Part shown: positions 44,462 to 58,300 of the stretch, piece after piece | Layout: every line of letters begins with the position of its first letter | How positions within the stretch are numbered: position 1 is the first letter of the stretch | Source: Piromyces finnis finn | Taxonomy: Eukaryota > Fungi > Neocallimastigomycota | DNA: 64,000 bases | NCBI GenBank assembly: GCA_002104945.1 | Contig: MCFH01000018.1 | Coordinates: 496,001-560,000 of the forward strand | Direction: 5' to 3' | Notes under the pieces: model-generated | Seen by the model: only the letters and a program-made list of their open reading frames with translations | The model's database searches: none | What the model was told of the DNA's origin: nothing | Position numbers and translations under genes: made by a program

Positions 44462-47240
44462 CAAATGTGTATATACATTAATACAAACTGTTACAAACAA
44501 GTAGTTACAAAAATAGTGACAATAATTGAAATTTGACAAATTTTTTTTTAGCTTTTTTCTATTTGTTTATTTTTAATACAATAAAATTAATTTATCTTTA
44601 ATAGTAGTACAACGATTTAATTTATTTTATGATACAAAGTTTAATATTAATGATTCTTATTATAGATTCTGTAAAAAATGAAAACCTTCTATTTATAGTA
44701 AGTAATGTATTTTAGGAAATTTGATCAAGTAAATTTTCATATATTAATAGTATAATGAAGGAATACTAAATAATATATTAAGAATTAATCTATTCATTAA
44801 ATATTTAAAAAATATTATTTGTTCTCCATCATATTAAATAATATAAATTAAATTAGCTTAAGTATTATTCTTTTTTCTAATCCCTTCATTAAACCTAATA
44901 CGATTCTAATAATTTAATATTCCATTTTTCATCTATTATTTAAAAATGTCCTTTTTCCATTACAACAAAAAATTTCCAAAACAAATAATAATAAAATTAA
45001 ATGACATGTAAACTTTATTTCATAATAAAATCAGGAAAGATATAAGATTTAATAAATATAAATAATCCTTTAAATAATATTAAAAATGAAATTAATATCC
45101 ATTTTATATTAAAATTAAAGATCTTTTCTAGATTTCATGATACCATGAAACTATCAAAAGTATTAACTTTTACAAAAAAAAAAAAAAGGTTTAACAAAAA
45201 GAATTAATCTGCATTTTGCAGGATTGGTATTGGTATTATCTTTAGTACAAAAAAAAAAAAGTAAAATTAAAATAGTTTTAGTTTCGAAAGAAAAAAAATA
45301 TTATCTACTACAATTCTTCAAAAGAATTTCTATGAAAAAAGAAAAAGAGTTTTGGGGGTTTTACTGTAGGAATAGAATTTTCTATGAATGAGCTTTAAAA
45401 AAACTAATGAAAGGAATGATGTATCATTAATAATAATAATGAATATAAAGAAAGATAAATTGAATGCATAATACAAATAAATCATGTCATATATTAAAAG
45501 TATAGTTTAAATATATTATTAATAAATTAAATTCATCATTCATGTAACATAAATTTCAAAAATTTAAAAGTGATAAATCAAATTTTATATTAAAAAATTT
45601 ATTGATAATTTATTAATAATAATATGTAAGATTGTATTATAAATATAATATAATATAATCAATAATATATTGTACAATATATATAAACTAAACTAAAAAA
45701 TCTAGATAATAATGATGGAACAATTTTAATAGTACTAACTTTATATATTATAAAATATAATGCTACATATAAATTAAATAATATATTACTCATAATATAT
45801 TAGAATATATTCAATAATCGAGACAAAAAAAATTTAAAATTTTGGGGTTACTTTCAAATTGATTTATTTTAATAGAATTCCATTGATTAAAAGGATGATA
45901 CAATATATTGTAATATACCTTAGACCATATATTAATTATATACTAAATTTTAATAGAATCATTAAAATTTTTTTTTAAATTTAAAATGTCTTTTTTTTTT
46001 TTTTGTACTCACTTCAACGGAAAATAAAAATTAAATAGTAGAAAAATAGCCAAAAAATGGAAAAAAAAAAAAAGGGTTGAGTTGGCTTGTTTTAATATTA
46101 AAAAATGGAACTTTATTTTCTTTTGTTTATTCGGTATAAAAGAGCAGCAGTTGCAGATGTAGTAATGGTTAGTAATGGTTGCAACGGAAATAAATGACAA
46201 ATTCATTAATTTTTATTTATTAATATTAAAAAAAGATTATTGTGCCATGCTATGCACGATACAACAATAGATACACGATACAATATAATGATTGTAATGT
46301 AATGGACAATGGTTGTAATGCTTTAGCATATGTAATAGATAGAATAATAAGAAAAAGTTAACGCTTTAAAGATGAATAATTTTTTTTAGGATATAATTGC
46401 TAGTGATAGAAAATCTATAAAAAAACGGTCTTAAAAATACATTTAATAATATTAACTTTTTCCCTTTTTCTTTTTTTCTACTAATAAATCAAAGGATGAT
46501 ATGGATTATACATTTTATACAATTTTACTACATTTACATTATTATATTACAATTTAAATACATTAATGTTAAAAAGTTATAAAGTAAAAATAGAATCTAT
46601 TTATTTATTTATTTTTATATTTATTCATTTATTTATTTATAGATGAAAGTTTTTATGATGTTTTTTTTTTTTTTTTTTTTTCTTATTATTGTTATCCATT
46701 GGGCTTTAAAAAACAATGTAATTACTTATTTAAGTATTCATGTATTCATTCATTTATAAAATATGTAATGTAAAATGTGAAAAAAATGATAAATTAATTT
46801 TTTATAGGAAGGAAGGATGCCCATAAAAAAAAAAACTACAGCACAATTCAAGGAAAGAAAAAAAAACTTTTTTATAATAAAACTTTTATTACTAGAATCT
46901 TTTGTTAAGAGACTTTTTAAAAGTTGGTCACACTATAAAATTTGTTATTAGAAGAAGAAAAAAAAAAATAAAAGAAAAGGCCATATAATGAATGGAATGA
47001 TATAAATGAAAAATAAAAAAAAAGTAAATATATATTGATCTAAAAAAAAAAAGGAAATTAATACCTTTTTTTAAAAAGAAATAAAAATACTTGATTATTT
47101 TTTTAAGAGGCATATTTAAAAAGAATATGGTTTATGCAATAGTAAAATAATTTTTTTGTTGTTTTCCTTTCTCTTTCTAATTAAATGTACTTTTTTACTC
47201 TTTATTATGAGAGAGACAGATAATAAACTAAATAGTTAAA

Positions 47241-47320
47241 AAAAAAAACATATCAAAAAAAAAATATATATATATAAAAAATACTATAATATATATAATT
47301 TTTTTTTGATATGTTTTTTT
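47241..47320. repeat. Short inverted repeat (AAAAAAACATATCAAAAAAAAA / TTTTTTTTTGATATGTTTTTTT) around an AT-only loop
   Basis: Complementary arms of ~20 bp with a CATATC/GATATG core are directly visible. Confidence 0.7.
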
Positions 47321-47929
47321 ATTAGTAAAATATACCAAAGCTGTCTTAGGTAAAGGTGTCTAGCTTGTAGGGTCACATCTATCTATGTAACATTTGATTG
47401 TACTACACAAAAAGAAAGATGAGTTTTCCATTAACTTGAAAAAAACTTTTATTTTTTACTTTCCTTGTTTAAAATACAAATATACTATGAATAGGGATAC
47501 TTTTTTTAACTTGAACTAAACGACCTAAATTATTGCTATTATATTAATCAAGTACTTTTCTGAAAAAAAAAATAAAATAAAATAGAAAACTGATTTTATA
47601 TTTATATTTTATACTTTAATATTATACAATTTTTTATTTTTTATTTGATATGACCTGAATTATATATTTTAAAGAAAATAGTCCCATCCTACCAAATACT
47701 TTTATTATTATTAAATTTATTATATTTTTAAAGTTTTAATATTTAATAATTAAAAAAAAAAAAGTGTATAAATATATGTTTTATATAATAGCCATTGGCA
47801 TAATCATAAGCATAGACATAGTCATAATAATATTAATAGTAATAGGTAAGAGGAATAGGAATAGGAACACTTACGGTTATATAGTAATACTAATACAAAT
47901 ACTTATAGCAACATTAATGCTAATAGTCA

Positions 47930-48390
47930 TAATGATACTGATAGTAATACTCAAGTTTATCAACTTTAGGATTTACAAAAGAACAACATGGATAACCAAA
48001 AGCATTAAATGATCATTTTTCATAACCAATATCCCATAATTCGCCATTTTCAACAAATAACTTTTTATTTAGTAATAAAATCTTCATTTATATTACATTG
48101 TTACAATATACTTTAAGAATCATCTTTATAAATTAAATATTTATTATCGTATGCTGAAATAATATTGAAAAAATCACCATTTTGTTTTATATTCCTTTTT
48201 TTTTTTTTTTTAGGATTTTCTATACATTTAGAATTAATTTTAATAAGCTTCTATTCATGATCTAATAATTTACGTTGAAGACATACTTTTGGATTATTAT
48301 TTATATCTCTTTTAGAAAAATTTTTTTTTTTTTACTAAAAAAAATCACCAACTTTATCAAGAACTTCTACAACAGTATTAGCATTTTTTT
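47930..48390 (-). pseudogene. Decayed fungal dockerin (CBM10-like)-containing gene remnant, possibly preceded by a ricin-B-like domain
   Basis: Minus strand 48057-47961 reads FVENGELWDIGYEK*SFNAFGYPCCSFVNPKV, the junction of two fungal dockerin repeats (VENG.WCGI...C.....GYPCC), with the Cys codon replaced by TGA. Upstream fragments (KVCL, INSKCIENP, NGDFFNIISAYDNKYL) are interrupted by stops and frameshifts. Confidence 0.6.
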
Positions 48391-50576
48391 TTAAAAAAAA
48401 AAAAAGAAACTTCTATCATAGGAGAATTACGATCCATTTCAATTTCAATTATATCAGCAACTATACACTACTAATAAAAAGTACAGTAGCTACATGATAT
48501 CTAGCAAATCTAGTTAATTATTTTGTAGTTAATATTACAACTAGATTTTTAATTAAATCTGAATTTGTAAAGTAGTAATATATACACCTTTTTTAAATAA
48601 ACTAATTGTAAATAATCATTTTAAAAATATAAATAATTATATTTAAATCTGTGGCTTATACATGAATTTATAATGCTATGAATAGACTTTTTTTTTTTTT
48701 TCAATAGGTAATACCATGAATATATATCTATATTGTGTTTTTGATGATGTCTACAATTGTTAACTCTTCCCTTTTCTAATAATAATATTAAATACTTCAA
48801 AATGATATCCACTTCCTAATTATAGGTATGAATATGTAGTAGTAAGTTCAAAAAAAAAAAAAAATTGGTTCAATTGTAATGATACTTTTGTACAGACTAG
48901 ATTTTCTATATATAAAAATAGATAATTAAATAAGCACTAAATTATAAAATATTAATGTGTTTATTATATTTATATAGTTCTTTATAAATATAATAGTAAA
49001 ACGAATAAGTCATGGTTAAACAGTAATCGTGAAAGTAGCATGTAGCACCTGCTAATACTAATATTAGTACTAATATTAATAATTATAGTTGTAGAGTAAT
49101 ACCTGGTAGAATATTCACTAATAATAATAATTTAATCAAGACAACAGTATTTTTTTTAAAAAAAAAAAAAAAAAATGTATTGAACCTTTCCTCCTATATT
49201 TGAATAGGAGTTATTAATTATTATTTATATATTGATACTAATTCTGTTAAAAAGGTAATAAAATTGTTAAAAAGTTCCTTTTATATCTATAAAATAATAA
49301 GATAAAGGGGAGAAGGAAGGATGATGATGAGTTGAATAATTACAATAAGCTATAATTTATTTTTGTATTCATCCATCAAAAAAAATAAAAATTATTAAAA
49401 TTCATAAAAAAAAAAAAAAAAAGAAATCTTTTTAAATTTTTCATTCTTTCAAAATGTCAACTAGCATCACCCACCCAAAAACAAAATATGCATAGAGATG
49501 CATAGATATATATAGATATACTTTTTTTTTTTTTTTAAATTAAAGTTACCAAAAAAAAAAAAAAAAAAAAAATCTTTAATATAAAAAATAAATAAATAAA
49601 TGGATCAAAAAACAAATGTCTATTTATAATATTTATAATATTACATTTTAATTTTAATAATATATATATAAATATATTTTGCTTTTTAAACTTTTAAAAA
49701 AAAAAAAAAGGAAATTCATGAATGAATCCAAATACTCCTCTTTCTTGGTGACAATATGTGAACAATATGTGAACAATATGTAGTAGTGATGTTGAGCGAT
49801 TTTCTTATTTTAAAATAACAAATTAAATCAAAATCAACAACTATAAATATTGTTTGTTATTTTACCAATGAAAAATACTCATTTCTCCATAAACATTTTA
49901 TAACCATTAAAATTACCTGCACAATAGAAAAACACAGTAAATATATAAAAAAAATAAATTTTATATTTTTATATTTTTATATTTTTTTTTTATTTTCTAT
50001 TAAAAATCATTAAATATTGCTTGTATAGCATTATATTATATAATAACATTAAACATTTTTCCTTTTTTTTTTTAAAAAGAAAAAAAATTATAATAGTATT
50101 TAGAAAAATAATAGCATTTAGAAAAAAAAATAGATATTTTTTTTTTCTTTCCAACACTTAATAAATATATATATAATAGTTTGGTATATTTAAAAATTAA
50201 ATCTATATATATAATATTTATTATTAAATAAATTGAGAAAGCGAGTTAGGAAAACATGGGTATAAAGAGTTAATGATGTTGAATATTGTTTTCAGCCATA
50301 TTTAAAAAATGAGGCGTTAAAATTTCTTCATTATTAGCAGCTTATTATTTTGTTTTTTTTAATTGGTTGGTTGGTTGGTCCATTACATTCCAATGTTGTG
50401 TAGATTTGGTATAGTCTCTATTAAATATAAAAAAAAAAAGGGATTCCAACATTTTTTGTCATGGACATTCTTTTTCTCAAAAGAACTACTCGTCATTAAA
50501 ATAAAAATTATTAAAATCCTTCTTCTTCACCTTCTTTTTAAATGATAAATATGGTCCTATAATTCTATAAAACTTT

Positions 50577-52323
50577 CTAATTTTCTTCTAAAGGTCTAGA
50601 CTTTGGAATATTAGGTTGAAAATTTAATTCTTCTGGTGAAATAGTCATTGCTATTTTTGTTCTTTTTATGTTTTGTGTTGTCTTTAAGATATTTTCGGTC
50701 AAAGAAGCTGAATATTTGTCATAATAAGATCTCTTTCTATTGATTGGACATGGTGAGAGAGTCTTTGTAATTTGAATGTCTTCCTTCTTGATCATTTCAT
50801 GAATAGACTGATCAAGAGTTTTGGTAGTCTCAGGAGAATTAGTCATGGTTATTCCATATTGAATAGTGGCAGGGGATAAACTTTGTTTTGCACCATATTG
50901 AATGGTGGTAGGGGATAAGCTCTGTTTTGCGTCATATTGAATGGTAGTAGGGGATAAGCTCTGTTTTGCGTCATATTGAATAGTGGTAGGGGATAAACTT
51001 TGTTTTGGTGTATTTTGTTGACTATTGGATAAAACTAATAATGATGAGGTGGATTGAGAAGAAGAAAAGTTACGACTTGGGGAACGACTATTAGTTTGGA
51101 CCATTAAATTGTTTGGATTTTGAACAGGTGGTAATGGAGAAGTAACATTTAATTGATGGGTATCATTAGATATAGAATTATTATATATTGAATTTGGTGA
51201 ACGAGTTTGATTAATTAATGAATTATCTGATAATTCTACAGGTGATGTAGTTAAATTGGTATTTGTTATATTTAAAACAGGGACATCTAAATTTTGACGT
51301 GTTTGTGCACCACCAATAATACTATTTTCACTATGATCACTTGGTAATGGTGATGTTAACATATTAGTTTGACTGGAAAGTATAGTAATAGGTTGTTGAT
51401 TTAAATCTGAATGACCACTGTAAAGTGGTGATAATAAAATTCTTGGTTGAACAATGACATTGGAAGATCTAGTTGATATAACATTTGGTTGAGAAGGTAA
51501 TTGTTGAATAGTTGGTTGGGAAGATGGGGTTGAAACAGGAGTACTTTGAGAACCACCACTACAAACGGAGCGACGAAATTGTGGTGGCATGGCAACAGAG
51601 TTACTGAATAAACGTGCTGCTAAACGTTTTACTTCAACCTTGAAAATATTAAAATCTTTTTCTGGGTGAACATATAATTGATAGTTAATGGTATCAAAAA
51701 AGTCACGTTGCCATTTGTTTATATCAGAGGCCTTTGTTTGTCCAGCACAGATTCCTGCCCACCATGTAAGTTTATGAGGAATATCTGTGACATATCTTTC
51801 TGCTTGTATTATACAAAGAAGTACGACATGGGATAAACTTGGAATAATAGCTTCTTCATGACCTGGTATATGTTTTTTAAAAAGGGTACATGTATGATAA
51901 AATCTATTTAAATATACTAAAGTAACGACAAGTTGTGAGAAAGATATTTTTGTCTTTTTTATAACCTAAATTTTTTAAATATTTAAAAAAAATATTTTTA
52001 TTAAAAACTTTATCCCTTTTATGAATTTATTCCAATTATTTTATATCGTATAATAATAACATTATTATTTCCACTTTTGGTGGTGACTTTTTGAAATTTT
52101 ATTTTACCTTTTGAGCATAAGATAAACTAATAGTTTGAAAACCATTAGTTTCATGATATTCTGACAAGTAAGATTTAACAATTTGATTACAAGCTTCACA
52201 GAAAACTTTAGCAGTGGAGTTAAGTTGTTCTGAAGCTGCTGGTGTAGAAGGATTTTTAGTAGCAGTAGAATCAGTAGACTTTACTGTCACTGAATTTTTT
52301 TGACTAATAGTATGATAAGACAT
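50577..52323 (-). CDS. Pho80/Pcl-family cyclin with Ser/Pro/Thr-rich disordered C-terminus (~534 aa, 2 exons)
   Basis: The splice complement(join(50577..51965,52108..52323)) is in frame. The cyclin box reads VIKKTKISFSQLVVTLVYLNRF...LLCIIQAERYVTDIPHKLTWWAGIC...SDINKWQRDFFDTINYQLYV and continues into the listed 337-aa ORF. Confidence 0.85.
50855..51006 (-). repeat. 39-bp coding tandem repeat x4 (KQSLSPTTIQY[D/G]A) within the cyclin tail
   Basis: The unit catattgaat(a/g)gtggtaggggataa(a/g)ct(t/c)tgttttgc is seen four times with mostly third-position differences. Confidence 0.92.
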
Positions 52324-55300
52324 TTTTTATTATTTGATAAAGTATGTTGTTAACATATATTTTTAAAAGTATAATTTTAAAATTGGTTGTAATTATGAAT
52401 AATCCTTAGTTGTTTATTATTTCTTTAATAAAAAAAAGTCATATATATATTTGTCATATATAAAGTGTTTATCCTAATATTGTAAAAATTGAATATATTT
52501 GTTGTTACACTTGAAATATTTATTTTAATTAATAAAAATCGTATGAAAAAAAAAGTGATTTTTAATAATTTTAAAAATAAAAAAACATTCACTTTTTTTT
52601 AAAAATTCTTGATGTAAAGAAAAAAGTATTTTAGTCTTCTAATAGTTATATCTATATTTAAATATATCTGGTATGAATATTTTTGTATATTCCTTTAATA
52701 AATATACTTTAACATTTATATCTACAAAACTGTAGCTAATGAAATAGCTAATTTAAAAAATAATAGTATTTTTTTTTAAAAAAAATGATATTGTATAAAA
52801 AATATGTGTTGACTATAATTATATTGAATATGTTTTTTTTTTATTATTATTCAATATCAACAAATTTAATTAATGGTATTAAAATTTGTTATCTTGCGTT
52901 TTTTATTATTCTTATTATTATTTCAATTCTTTTATATATTCTTTTTTTTAAAAAAAAAAAAATAAATATAAAAGTGACCTTTTTAAACTAATTTTAAAAT
53001 ATATAAAAATTTTAAAACCATAAAAAAATAAAAATCAAAAAAGAAAAAAAAGAGAGAGAATTTTAGGCTATATATATAAAATTTCTTTCTAATTAATTTT
53101 TTAACTTTCTGAAAACTAAATAAATAAATTTTAGGATTAATTTTTATTCCTAAATACTTTTTACCTCTAAACCTAAATATTAATTTTTATATATATTAAT
53201 AATTTATTAGAGTTTAATCCTAATGAATTGTTGGTATTTATTAGAGTATATTTTAATTTAATTAGTAATATATTAAGCAAGAGAGTTTTTTTGAATTTTC
53301 TATTAGCGATGAAAATAAAAACAAAAAAGCTGAATAACATTAGAATCCCACAATATATAAAATATATTTGTAATATAAGTACTATTTAATATAATATGTC
53401 AGGATAGTTCTATTTATAATATATTAATATAGAATTCAATTAAAATACTATTTTTTACCTTGATCAATTCTATATATTAAAAAAAGGAAAGAATATTCAA
53501 TTGAGTTATTTAAGTATTATAAATAATTTTTATTATTTGCTTTCCCAATTGACTTTTCTATAGATAGTATATTGTAATATATTTATAAATATATTATTCA
53601 ATTGAATTATTTTAAAATCTTAAGGCTATTCAAAATAGATTATATTTTGAATTAATTAATAATATATTTATAATTTATTTAATATATTGTTTATAAAATT
53701 AAAATTTTATTGTTTAAAAAAGTTTATTCTTAAAACTTTAATATATGAAATCTAATTAATTCTTATATATGGAAGGATAGAGGTTTTTTTAATTTAAAAT
53801 AAACAGTCTACATTTTTAAATGAAATGATTTTTAATATATTAAGTGTAATATATTATAATATACTGTTATAAATGAAAATTAGAATTACAAATAGAATTC
53901 AATGCAAAATAAAAATTTTATTAATGAATTAATTAATAAATACAGTTTCTCATCCTATAAATAAAATAATGTTAATATATTGGTTACTATATATTGGAAT
54001 ATAGTTGCTTTCAATTCAAATAAAATCATATATGGCACCTCATATTAAAAAATAAAAAGAATTCAAATGAACAATATAAGCCTTCTATTTAAACTAATCT
54101 ATGATGAATAGCCGTAATATATGGATTGTAATTTAAAAAGACGATAGAGTCTATATAATTTAATATAAATTCAATAAAATTCTATTTTAATATTAAAGAA
54201 GGATTAGGGGAAGAAAGTATTAAAAAAATGTTGATTAAATTTTAATTAAACCTAATTTAATTAAAATGTACAAAACAAGAAAATACTTAGTTTATGAAAG
54301 GGTTAAAGTGAAAGTAAATGGGTAGGAAAGAATAAGAAAAGGTTGGTGGAGGGGGCGGTTAAAAATGAGTCGAAAGAAAAGGTTACTGAGGGTTGAAGTT
54401 AGGCTTAAAGTTAATAGGAAAAAAGAAACTTTATTAAAAGACATTTTATCAAGAATTGTTGACACGGCTAATTTTATTTGTAGTATGACATGATAATTAT
54501 AAATATATATATATATTAATAATAGAAAAACCATAAAAGCTATTCTACTACACCAATTCATTATATTAATACTATTATATTTATATTTAATACTATAAAG
54601 GTTTACTTTAATAGAGAAAAACTTTTTCATGATTTATCATTAATAATCTTTTTTACTAATGTTGTATTTTTTAGGTTTCATTAAAATTTTAGTTATTACG
54701 AATAGTAAAAAGCTATCAATACTTGGCAGTAGCATCATACCTTATTATTTATGTAATTTTTTCCTCTTTTACTATTATGATAGGCTATAAATCAAATTTA
54801 TTTTTTTTTATTATAATAATTAATTAATTCTACTATTTTTTTTTCTTACTAATAGTTTATTTTATTGGCATTTTTTATTCCAATCAACTTTTCATAACAT
54901 GAATAAAAGTAGGATAAAGCATAAATGATAGGACATAAAATTTGTAAGTTGGTTTAAGTTTACCAACCATAAATAATGAAATAATTTAAAAAAAAAATTA
55001 AGATTTATTGGCATAAAATAGCTACGGCTAATTAAACGAAAATGCCTAAAATAATAATGTAAAATAAAAAAAAAATAAAATTTACAGAATGAATAAATTC
55101 TGTATTTTCTAGTGAAAAGAAATAATGGTAGGTAGGTGACCTATTCGTAAATTTTTTTGAGGAAATACTCAACTATGATCAACATGGATTAGGATTTACT
55201 AGGCATAAAACCCTTGGTGAAAAAACCTTTTTTTTTTCTGGTGGAAAAATGGGTTATTCCTAGGCTATAAAACTTATTCCTAGGCCATAAATTTTTAGTA

Positions 55301-58300
55301 TTAAAAAAAAAAAAGATGAATCATCTTCACACCTCAATCCTTGCCTAGCCCACCTCTAGAACTTATTTAATATAAATTAATATACACCAATTACAATCAT
55401 TCGTTCATATATTTATATTAAATTAATTTAAAAGCGATTATACTTATTAAATATTATTATATATATTTTGGGTAATTTTTCCAATGAATTCAGGAGGAGG
55501 ATGAAATAATTTCAAATAAATCATCCATTTTATTTTAATATAAAATAATATATAATTTTTATATATTAAAGGATTGAATCTGGTTTATACAGTAGTATAA
55601 AGTTTTTTTATGGTTGAAGGTGGGATTGGTGGTGGTGGGAAGGTAGGAACTTTTTTTTTTATAATGGTTAGTGTATCCTTTTAAAAATTGAATCAAATGG
55701 TAGTGATAAAAGCGAATATTGTACTGTATTAAATAACAGGTTTGTCTGTGACTAAATTTTTATTATTTTGATTCCCATTTTTTGTTGTTTGTTTAATTTA
55801 TCATAGGATTTAACCTACCTATCACATGAACAAAATTTATTTTAATGCTTTATTATCCCATTGATTTATATTTAATTAACATTTATGAAAAAGGTATTTT
55901 TCTAGTATTTATTAAACTTTTTTTTTTTTTTATCACCTACCAACACCTCTTGATGATGATAAACTAAAAAAGGTAACTTTTAATAAATTAAAAAAAAGTC
56001 ATTTATTTAATAATTTTAATTAAATACTAAATATATAAAAAAAGAAATATTTAAAAAAAAAAAAATATTAATTCTCTAATTGTTACACCATATTGGAGTT
56101 ACCTTGACTAGGAATAAATTTTTACAAGTTGAATACGTTCAATTTTACTCAATACGACTCCCATTCAAATATTTTAGGGCCAAGAGAATTGTACTTTATA
56201 AATTTAATAAAAGGGAGGTAATTTTAAACAAAAAGACTTTTCAGACTATTTTTTTTTTATAAAATTAATGATTCATTTATTTTAAAATTGAAAATAGGCG
56301 TTAATTTAATATTTTAATGTATTTAAATTATTAATGATTAGCCTTTTTATTTTATTGTTTTATTTTTTTTTTTAATTTAACCAACTCATTCCATACATTG
56401 TACTAGATGGTATATTTAAAATTTATATAAACTAGTGGATTGTAATATTTTTATTTCTTAACCACTACCAACTGCTGTTATATTCATGACCATAACCTCA
56501 GTTTCAGTGATAAATATCAACAAAGAACGAAAAGACCAAGAGGTTACAACATTCTACGGCTTACCCTTGCTTATTGTTACTGGTGAATAAACTTGCTGTA
56601 ACTTTTTTTAAATAAAATAAAGAAGATGCCATTTTTAATTTAATCCACCTTTTCAATTAAAAAGCCATTATACTCTTAATATATGGTATTAGATATATAT
56701 TTGAATTGACTATATTTAAAAGCCATTGTATTCTAATATGTGTAAATAATATATATAACTTGTTTAATTTAAGGTCGTACAGCTTATATTAAAATAAATT
56801 AAAAAAAGAAAAAAATAAATTAAATCACTTTTTTTATAATTAAAAAATATATTTTTATATAAAATATTCAACAAAAGTTTAAATACTATAAAAAGTTTAA
56901 AATATATTATTTTTTTTTAAAAAACGTCATTCAATAAATAATAAAGTTTATAATTAATTATTATAAATAAATGGTTGACATCATTGAGTTGTTGATGAAT
57001 AAATAAATAGCATAATACCAAAATAAAGAGTAATAACAATAAAAACAATAAATCATAACATTTTGGTATAATAGTTTTTTAATTATTATTCCTAATAGCC
57101 ATGATAGTTATTATTTTAATTCTTTAGCAATAAGTACTGTTCATTATGATCAACTAGTAAAGCTTACGGTATTACTCTTTTTTTTTTTTTTAAATATTTA
57201 TTAGTATTAATGGCGATTGGTATTTTTAGTATTATTATTAGATATTCATTTAAATGAATTGTTGTTTCAAGTCACCCTTTTTTTTTTTTTGAAAGATGAA
57301 ATCCATTTTTTACAGAAAAAAAAACAATGGCTTTATCCATAGTCCAAGAAAGAAAAAAGGGTTTCTTAGATAAAACAATCTACTTTTTTATATAACTAAC
57401 TAGCTAAATAATAAAAACGATTAATATTAATAAGACTTAATAAACCATTGAATCATTTCATAAAAGTCATATTTATTATTAAATATTAATGATAATATTA
57501 TCGTTAATTATTAATAATAGTATTCATTACACTTGTTATTAATTATAATATTAAATAGGATAATTAATTATTTATTGCCTATGAATAACATGATGATTTA
57601 TTATTATGATTTATTATTCATTATATTAATTATATTAATTATATTAATTAGAATTCAAGATAATATCATTTCATCATGATAACATAATAATGACCATAAT
57701 CCTTGGTATTTATTTAATTTATTAATTATTTATTCATTCATTTAATAATTAAGTCTAATATATTGTAAATGGTATTTATTCATTGAATTCCATATATTAA
57801 AAATAATTAAACTTTTTAAACTTTTTAAATTAAAAAAATTAATTTGGAATATATATTATAAAAATGGCTGTAACAACTTTCTTAATTTTAAATTAATAAT
57901 CAATATATTAATTATATCAACAAACAAACTAATAAGCAAGTAAAAGAAGATGAGAGCTACTTTTTATTTCAACACCACTATTGTGGTAGCAATAGTAGTA
58001 GTGGTAATGATGTTGGTGGTAGTTTTCTTAAGTTGTTTATATGTAAATGATAAAAAGTAGCAATACCTTGACAGCAATAGCAATAACTTTACAAAAAATA
58101 ACAATATTAACAACATTAATAACAATATCAACACTAACATTAACAATAATAGTAAATCTATACTTTTAGTAAAAATTATTAAAGACATCCTCTTTTTTTT
58201 TTTCCCATTCCTCCTCTTTCCTTTAATAGATATAGCTATTTTACTCATAGTATTTTATTGTACTAAAATTAAACCGCTACCTCCTATCATGGTTGTCTTA

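Noticed and set aside
54292-54630. 112-aa minus-strand ORF, and other short F/K/I/L-rich ORFs in the track (for example 78, 1457, 33509, 36509, 36793, 46928, 52785, 57964, 63449)
   Set aside because: Their composition comes from poly-A/T and simple repeats, with no motifs and no spliceable partners found.
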